From assembly GCA_051294905.1 (NCBI GenBank), contig CM119380.1:23064001-23128000 (forward strand): DNA of 64,000 nucleotides, written 5' to 3'. The notes below the pieces were generated by a model that saw nothing but the letters and a program-made list of their open reading frames with translations, made no database searches and was not told the origin of the DNA. Origin of the DNA: Botryllus schlosseri. Lineage: Eukaryota. Shown here piece by piece: positions 53,701-62,700 of this stretch; position 1 is the first letter of the stretch; the number at the start of each line of letters is the position of its first letter. The translations under genes were made by a program, and so were the position numbers.

Positions 53701-56700
53701 TATTCAAGTGCCAGGTGATATTGAACGCTTGCGAGTCGGCTAATTTGCCAATTCTGGCGCACTATGACGTCATCGCTTTGTGACGTCATCGATCTCGCAT
53801 ACCTAGGGAAAATCAGAGTTCAGCGCCTATGGTTGAGGAATATACACCTTCCTTTGAATATTAGAATTAAGCTTACACTATAGTTTCTTTACTTGGATAG
53901 CAGTTTTGGCACCTCATTGACAAGTCTAGCAATGTTGCTGTGAATGGACTGCAAAAAATATGCTGACTTCATCTCTTTGTAGCATGAATCCTCCTTCGCA
54001 AGGCCACAAGATTCCAATTTGAAGTAGTTGCAAACTTTTAGCTTGGATAATTCAGGGATTTGTGTAATCATGTTTGATTGTGACATCCACCCAAAGATAT
54101 CAGTTCGCTTATCTGCGACGTTACATGCAATCTTTCCTTCTAGATACGAGCTACGAGTTCGTTATCTTCCAAAATCGCTGCAGGAACTGTATGATAAAGA
54201 CCGCACCACCTTCTATTATTATTATAATCAGGTATGTATCGGAGATGTCTTGCGATCAATCTTTTCGCAATCTTTTGATGAGATAAATTGGCATTTTATG
54301 TGAAACCGAAGTGGAAGTGAAATTTCCTGCTAAATAAACGTTGTTGTTAGACATGATGATTGCCTTTTGGTGCCTTGCAGCTGTTTCTGCCATTTTCAAT
54401 TACCTCACTGTTAATTAGCAATCCTGTGACACTACTGATTATAGGTTTCTCAAGTTGGTGATGCCATACCGTATTTGTCAGACAATTTTTGCAAGCTGTT
54501 GAATATTGGGTTTCGAAAATTCCCCTGATGTAGAGTGCACTGTCAGATATTGCCTTGCATGATCGTGCTACATCCTATCCATGCCTGGTGTTTGGAAAAT
54601 AGGAATTCCCGGGCAAAATTTTAATATGTTACTGCTTTAATTGCGAATTATAATTATTTGCTTGTATTTAAAGTCTGTAATTATAATTATACCTTCACTT
54701 TGTTTCATTGCAAGCTCACTGGCCCAATAGAGTTTATTTTGATCATGCTTGGTCAATGGTCATTTAGTATATTTACATGTTACTTTGTGAAGGAAAACTT
54801 AAATCAAATCACCTGATGTATGATATGCAATGTGCGTCAGGATCGGAATAAATTTTTGTACACACTCAGTGCGGATGGTTTTGACGCAGATCATGTCGTG
54901 ATGTCTTTCGATAGGTTCACACCGACTATCTCCATCAAGTGGCCGAACAAGTGGATCACAACATTGCGATACAACTCGGCTGTTTGGAAATTCGGAGATT
55001 CTTCAAGGACTTGCCGCAAACTGCATTTGAAAAGAAATCGAACTTTGAACTCCTGGAGTGAGTGCAAATTGTTTCTGTGTCAGCGAATTTGTTTGGAATG
55101 CGGTGCTACCTGTGCAAAGGAGGTTCAAATCTGCCTTTATGTTGGTTTGCATTATTTTTATCTGATGATGATAGTGTTTATGACCCTTGTCATTGTAGTT
55201 TTTGGCATCGAACTCCGAAAAGAGTGAAATTTTGAAATACAAGAGAAGATATTATACACCATATTATTCATTGATTTTCAATGAATGGCCTTACAAGTGC
55301 ATAGTTGAAGAAGTATAGTAATTCCTCATAAAATATCAACATTGCATCGACTGCTTCGTATTTCGGTTGGGCTTAAGTGAAATGGATCGTTTATTATATA
55401 AAATTCTTGGCACCGCTTCCGCTGCGTTGGTGTACGTGAAATGGCGTGATTCAAAACTATTGCAGCCCTGATGTGATTTGTATAGGCAGCCGTTGCTTGT
55501 GCGTGCGCGTTAAGGATGTGTATTGTTTCGCCGTAATGACTTGGCTGGCATTGTGTATTGTGATGCAAGGAGTCGTGCGTCAATCAACGACGTGTTTTTA
55601 ATCTGCTTGGAAAATGTCTTGCTTTGCATATGTTTTTGTTGTTGTTCCTCACCTCTACTCTGTAAACTGTTTTTCTGCTGCAGCATGGTGCTCTGTAGCT
55701 AGTTCTGATCTGAGTACTTGAGTAGGCTTGTCCTTCTTGCGTTACATACTTGAGTTTTTAGACTACGACCACTTCTAGACAGTTCTTCAGGCAAATCTAC
55801 TCACTTTGTGTACTTAGAATTCTTGAAGGTAGTTTCGGGATTGATCTGGATTGCTTTTATGAGTGAAATTGTTGTGTCAACTGGCAAAATCGTAGCACCT
55901 GTATCACAGTAACTGAATATGTTTTTGGAAATTGCACCTGTTTGTGGTGTCGTTAATCGTTTTAGGTTGGTCTCAGAGACACAACTTACAATTATGGAAT
56001 AAGCCACCAGTAATGTAACTGAGCACTAAAAGTTTGCATGCCCACAACAATTCTACCTTCTGAAACTAATAACTTGTATTATTTTTCATGCATCGATTAT
56101 CTATTTCTTGTTGAAGTAGTTTTTGGCATGTCTTGGAAATGGCGAGTAGCTGACTACTTTGACCACCTCTTCCCAAAAGACTGTAACTGATTTCCTGCAT
56201 CTATTCTTGAAGCATCCTGGCATAAAAATTCTGTGTTTTTTTTAGGAGGGAAGTAGGTCTGAGCAAATTTCTTCCAAAGACCGTTATCGACGCGATTCGC
56301 ACAAAAGACCTCCGACGGCTCATCGCGAAAGAATTCAAATCGATCGCCGCGTTCTCCGAGGAGCATTGCGTCTTCAAATTCTTCGATATTCTTCGCGGCA
56401 TCACGCAGTTCGATCACGAAATCTTCAAATGCGCACTTGGGGTGGGTGGTTGCTTGCTTCGCTTGCCTTGCCGAGACAACCTTGTCTGTACTGTGTCCTG
56501 CTGTGTCTGTATGGATAGCCTAATTTGGCGGCCTGTTCGCTGTCTTGCAGACTGAATGGTCGGTGTCGGTCGATATACTTATTGGACCAGAGAAGGGGAT
56601 TAGCTACTGGACTTCGAAAGGAGCGACCCCAACGTTGCTAGCAGAATTTCATCAAGTATGTATTGAGGTTTTGGCAGTTGTTGAAATTTTTGGCTTATCC

Positions 56701-59700
56701 TTGTCTTGGTGTGTACGGGAGGTATGAACCACTGAATGAGTGCACTAAGGCTATTGGCGGGAAAATGTCACTAGGGCTGGGCCTAGGGCTGGGTGGAATG
56801 GAGTACCTGGATGATTCGATTCCGAGTAGATTTTTAAGCGTCAGGTCCCAGTATTGATGTGATAATGATGACTTGAAAAGTTGAAACAAGTCTCCATTGC
56901 GAAAGTAACGTGAAAATTGAAAGTATATTTTTCTTTGTTACAATATCACTAGTGCGCTACTGGACTCGAATCGTTAGGACTGATACTCAACTGAATAAAC
57001 TCATATTAAGTACTGGAACACAGTGCCCGTCTTTACCGGAGTGTCTTAAAACTTTTTCGAGCCGCTGTTGTTTCACCCTGCTGCGAGTGGTTCCCTGATA
57101 GCTCCGATCCGCGGTAAATGCCGCCTCTTTTCAGGTGAAGGCCATTCAAACCTCCTCGTCCACCGATCCGACGAAAAAGGGAGCCCTTCAGCTTCGAATC
57201 GAGGGCACGAACGAGGTGAGTTGTGCGTGGAACTCGTCGTAGTCACCGTAAATCTTATATATCGTCAGGCGTATACTTGATAAAATTACGTAAGGCATGT
57301 CAGCGGAAAGGAGGATAAACAAATGCTTTTGGACCTGTGGGAGTGACGAAACAACCGCTTAATATCTGATCCGCTGAGAGTTGTTCCTCTTATTCATAAA
57401 ATCTTGCTGGGAAAACTGCTGCCGTTTGTAAGCCAAGGCGGGGTTATATTTTGAGGTTGAAATGTCGGTAAACCAAACTGAACAGTTGAATACTAACGTT
57501 CTTGTCTGGATCAAGCACTGTGGTTGATGACAGGTTTCGGACGTGTGGCACAACTCGTATTTGACATATTTTGTCAGGCTCAACTTTCCTCGACCTTGAT
57601 TTTATTTCTCTCTCCAGCCACTCACCATCACCACGTCTTCGCTGTTTGAGGCCGAAAACATCGCCGACCTCATCGACGGCTACTGCTGCATGGTGTTGAA
57701 CCTGACCAAATCGCTCATCGTTCGAACTGTCATAGTGAGTATATTGGTTTTGTCCTAGAAATTCGGGCTGAGGGATTTGCTACCCAATTGTGAAGTAGCC
57801 AATATCCAATATGCAGTTCAGAGAATCTAACTTCTTTTTCTGATGTTGCTGTTATGTTTCTGATGTTGCTGTTATGTATTTTCCATACCGAACTTCGGCT
57901 GTGGACCCGTTCCCGCACTACCTTCTTACGAACCCAGCGTGCGAAGAGTGCTAATGTAAGAAACGGGTCGTCAACAGAATCGGCTAATATTATAGGTTTT
58001 TTGCATTCGCGAATCTGATTCTAGAAGAATAAACCTCACCGCGCGTTACCATCTTTAAAATATTAGTATAATCTGACATCGTGGATGCTTTGCTCTGTCA
58101 TGCGACAAAACGTCGCAATTACTCCCGTTTTTGATCATTTCAACACAATGGTTTAATTGGGACAAGGGTAGCAAGCTGTACTGCAAATCACGGGCAAAGG
58201 TTGTGAACAAAACATGATACACACGAACAAAAAATTCTCAATCTTCATGAAACCACAAATAAAATGATGTCAGTTACACTACACTGAATATAATTTGATA
58301 TTTTTGTAACCTTTTCTGAACTGCTCTCTCACTTGTCAAAGTAATACCACGCATCGAGTGAGCGAGTAATCGCCAGATACTTCTTTCAGAACAAACGGGA
58401 GTTGCCACCCCCTCCGATGGGAGGAGTGTCCCCCACGGTCGAAGCGAGCCCCGTACGGAGTTTATCGAGAAGGATAAACAAGAACTTGATGTCGTCCGGT
58501 AAGCCAATGTTTTATGTATCTCCGCTCAAAAGTTGCCTCCTTAAAAGATAACCCATTATATAGAACAGATAACCATACGTACGAACGGACGTTGGTCAAA
58601 TAAAAATCTCGAATTCTGGCGCTCTCACGGCGGTATCTTTGTGCGCTCTCACGGCGGTATCTTTGTATGTTCCTCGGACTTTTCGTGACATGAGCTTCAT
58701 TGGTCCGAAATGTTTCATTGCAGAGGTAGTCTTTGAAATACAGTGATGAAGATCGAATAAATGACACCAGAAAGTGCCTAGAGGCGGTATCGGATTGCAA
58801 GTCTCCTGTACGATCCCAGTTGAGATTGGCAGGGGTAATCCGTTTCTGTGTTCGGAAACCTCTCGTTGCATAGATGCTACGGCGTTACCAGAGACTACTT
58901 GTAGCTATATTCTTATGCCGCGGACTTCCGGCTCTTGCGTGTAGGGTTGCTGCAAGTCGTCGATGCCAGGGTATCGAAAGGTGTCGTTGCTGTACCCTTG
59001 GTCATCTTCTCTTACCTCGACCACTCTGGTGTCGAGCTGGTGGGTCAGCGTTTGGTTTCTAAGCCTATGTTTCCTCGCCACGTGGCAAGTGACCATCAAC
59101 GCGGCGGCCACAACGACCGCCACCACGGCGCATCCGGTCGCGACCAGGATAAGCGTGAGGCTGCTGCCGTCCGCGACGTACGTCGCTTCGATGTAAGCCG
59201 CATCGAAACCTGGAAAAATATTTCGACATGAAGCCGGTGTGTGAATAAGGGGTTGGGTTGTGTTAGTAGGTTGGTTCTAAGCAGATTTCGGTTCCATTCT
59301 GATGACAACACGCCTTGTTGCGTCTTGTGGGACATTTACGAAGGAACTTGAGCACATTTACGAAGCAATCTCGGTTATGGAACTACTCTACTACATTCCT
59401 ATTTTTCGATATTGTATATCAAGGATTCTCGATTCCTTCCTGCCTTACACAAACTGCAGAGGTGGTCAATTGGTCATCAACGAATTACTGCTACTTCTTC
59501 GTAGTACTCGAGTAACTTATGCCTGCTTCCGAACCTACTTAAGGGGTTATGATTTTAGACTAATTGTACTCAAGTTTTCATTCTTAGGCAAACTAGGCCT
59601 ACGATACTTCCGATTCACTACTTCAACTTGACTACAAACTCTGACTACCGTGACCCCTCTGACCAAGCGAAGTTTGGCAATTGACCCTCTGTCGAAGTTT

Positions 59701-62700
59701 CTATGAAGCGCAAGCGTTTGAAGAAGACTCGCCTAAAGTGTTGTGCGCACGGCATCTCCACAGCCCCTTGTGTTCGTCTCCGAATGATTTGATGACAAGC
59801 TCCGCGCCGCGGTCTTTGATTTCGTAAACGCTCGGAATCGCCGTGAAGTTGATGGTTTGTAACGGCCGCATTGATTTCGGTGGGTACCATTCTATCGCCG
59901 GCCGTGGACTGCCTGTAGCTTCGCAACGTAACGTCAGCGCCGAGCCGCCGTAGGCCTGCGTATGACGTGACATGCTAGTTACCACTGGAGTTATTCATTA
60001 ACAAGGTACTTCTTCTTTTTCGGAGCATTCAAGTAGGTTTCGCCACCGCAGGTGTTTGAATTAAGACCAATTTCACTTCTATTCAGACAGTGACACTAGG
60101 GCTGGAATACTTACTCGAAAATCGCTGCTTCTGCCTGTGCTTGTGTATAAATTTAAGACGTTACTTATACTTGAATACCCTTGAAGACTGTCTCCGCTTA
60201 CCTCACATTTGTCCGGCCACATGATATGACAAAGTCTGTGTCGTAGGCCTATGCTTTTGGCTTGCGTCGCCTGCTCGTTACCTGTGTCTTATCCGACGAG
60301 TGCGTGATGCTGGGTTTCACGCCTTGAACCACCTCTAGTTTCAATGCGTCCGATCGTAAGTGCAGCGGCATATGAAGCTGCGGATGGCAGGCGTATTCGC
60401 CGCTGTCCGATTTTCGCAGCCCGTCGATACGTAGCGTGCCGTTTGCGTACGCCTGCAACGTTGGATTACGTAACGCGGGAACGGATCGCAAGAACTAGCA
60501 CCTCTGGTACCTTCACGCGGCCTTTGCTGCGTGGGTAAACGTAGCCGACAGTTGGCGTCTTCCACACCAGTAAAGGAAGCGGGTTCCCGGACGCGTTGCA
60601 GTGCAGCAGCGCTGTGCCGCTTTGGACTGTTGACATGACGCTAGATGTCGGCGCCGTGTTGTCGGAAATGAACGAGACCTTTGCAAAGCACGCACCACGC
60701 ACGTTGACACGGCGCATTTCACGCGTAACAAAGATTTCATACCGAGAGTATTTCCGGCTGCACGCAAGTTTCCGTTAGGTTTTGTGGTAGGCATCTGTTT
60801 AGCGAGCGGTCTGATGTAACCGACTTTCCCCGGGGTGACTGTGTCAACCATCTAGCAAATCGAGATAGGGTTATGTCACAGGCAACTTGCAGGTACATGA
60901 CAGGCTGCGCGTTTGTGCGAGCGTGAATCATGACAGGCATTGTGAGTCAGATATGATTGTGCGTATTGTGTGGGTATGTGTAGTTGAGTTTAGCCAGGAA
61001 CAAGCATACATTGTTTAACGTTAGATCCGCTCAACGCGCAGATATGATTGCAAGGATTTGGTGCTTCGCGGATCGCATGCGCGTCGCAAGCATCACGAGC
61101 TCAGTTTAGCGAAGACATAGTTATGATTACTACGTCATATGCAGACGGCAGTATTGTGTGGATATATGTAGTTGAGTTTCGCCTGGATCAAGCTTTTAAT
61201 TAACGCTAGATCCGGTCAACGCTCCTTTATGATAGAAAGGATGTGAAGCTCGCGTATCGCATGCGCAACGCCAGCCTCACGCGTTACGTTTAGCGAAGAT
61301 TCAGTTTTGATTGCTACGTCATCAGCAGACAGTACTAGCTATTAGCTGCCTAGTATTGATCGGGCTTGTTATTTTTAGGGAAAGTTTGACAGGTGCAGAT
61401 GATGTGTTCGGCAGAGAAACGCACCGTTTCAGTTCCAGTGTGTCGCAGTCGCACGTCAGAGGATTCGACCGCAGATTGATCGATTCGAGTCGGCGTAGCG
61501 CGAAGAAACTGCTCCATTCTGCAGACCGTATCTCGTTGTCAGCCAGGTTCAGACGGGTCAGCGTCGTTAGGAAAGGGATATCGCCTGAAACGGTCGGACA
61601 GGAAAGGTTGAGTGGCCGTGAGAGGCCTTCTGTAGTGATGAGACTTTGCTGTGCTTTACTTTGCAATTTCCGCTTCCTAAATATGACAGCAGTATGTACG
61701 TTGTCTGGCTACGCTAAGAACGCAGCGAGGTCAAATCTCACGCCTAGTATATTCCGTGCCATGCGTACTGCCACATAACCGAAATACGCTTGTCACTTAT
61801 TCCCGATATGTATGCTTTTTTGTCTTACTGGGAAGATAGTTCTGTATTCACAAGGGATTCTTTTTGGTACCGAAGGGATTGTGCACCTGTCGATGTGTCG
61901 TGTTGCAATAAATATATGGATATTTTATGTTGATTCATTTGTAGTGACAGAGTAGTTTGAAAGTTGTAGAATTATGGATTTCGAAGACCCCTACGCTACT
62001 ATCGACGACACGATGATAAAAAAGTCCGCGAAGGACTTGCCCAGTTGGATGCCACCGCCTGTCGTTACCGTGGGCGAATATTGTGACAAGCATAAGCCGA
62101 GTGACTTGGACTCTTTGTACGCCAGAGTGTCATCAAGGACAAAGGGTTCCTCGCCGCATGCTCACGCCACCGGGAGTGTTATTGGGAGGGACGGAAAGGA
62201 TGAAATCTCCGCAGGTTTTCTGCGCGGGGCGACTTCGACGGAGTGTATCGCCGACGTATACGCGGTCGTTAACAAAAAAGGTTTCGGCGCTAGGAGTCAG
62301 TCGGACAGCAATGTAATCGAGATAAACGGCGACGTGTACGCTGTGATCGCAAAGTCCAACAGTCCGAAACACAAGCGGCCGTACGCGTCCGCTCAGGACT
62401 TGCTGAGAGACGATGTTTTCGTCAACAACGAGTCGAACTCCTGCGATACACAGACGGAATACCCGGACGATATGAAATGCACGGGTTATCGCACCGAGTC
62501 TGAGAATAGCGATTCTTACGTGACCATGAAAGCACCTGATCACATACTTCGCGATAGGGTTTCCACGCACTCAAACACTTGTAATAACGCACACGCGAGC
62601 CGTGTTATAAACTCTTTGTCTCATTCGTACCCATTGTCTGGCGAGATATTAAAGGATATCGGCGGATTGGATGTCTCGCGAACTGGTGCGCGTAACAACT

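Noticed and set aside
56154-56417. Minus-strand 87-aa ORF that looks protein-like (EFEDAMLLGERGDRFE...)
   Set aside because: Shadow of FAK exon 56246-56441 on the opposite strand
60200-60281. Possible extra exon AYDTDFVISC after a 33-nt intron
   Set aside because: The intron is implausibly short, and direct splicing 60282 to 59955 already gives a clean Ig domain
60249-60851. Apparent frameshifts between the LRR-Ig ORFs suggesting a pseudogene
   Set aside because: Resolved by short canonical introns (60453-60510 and 60679-60742)
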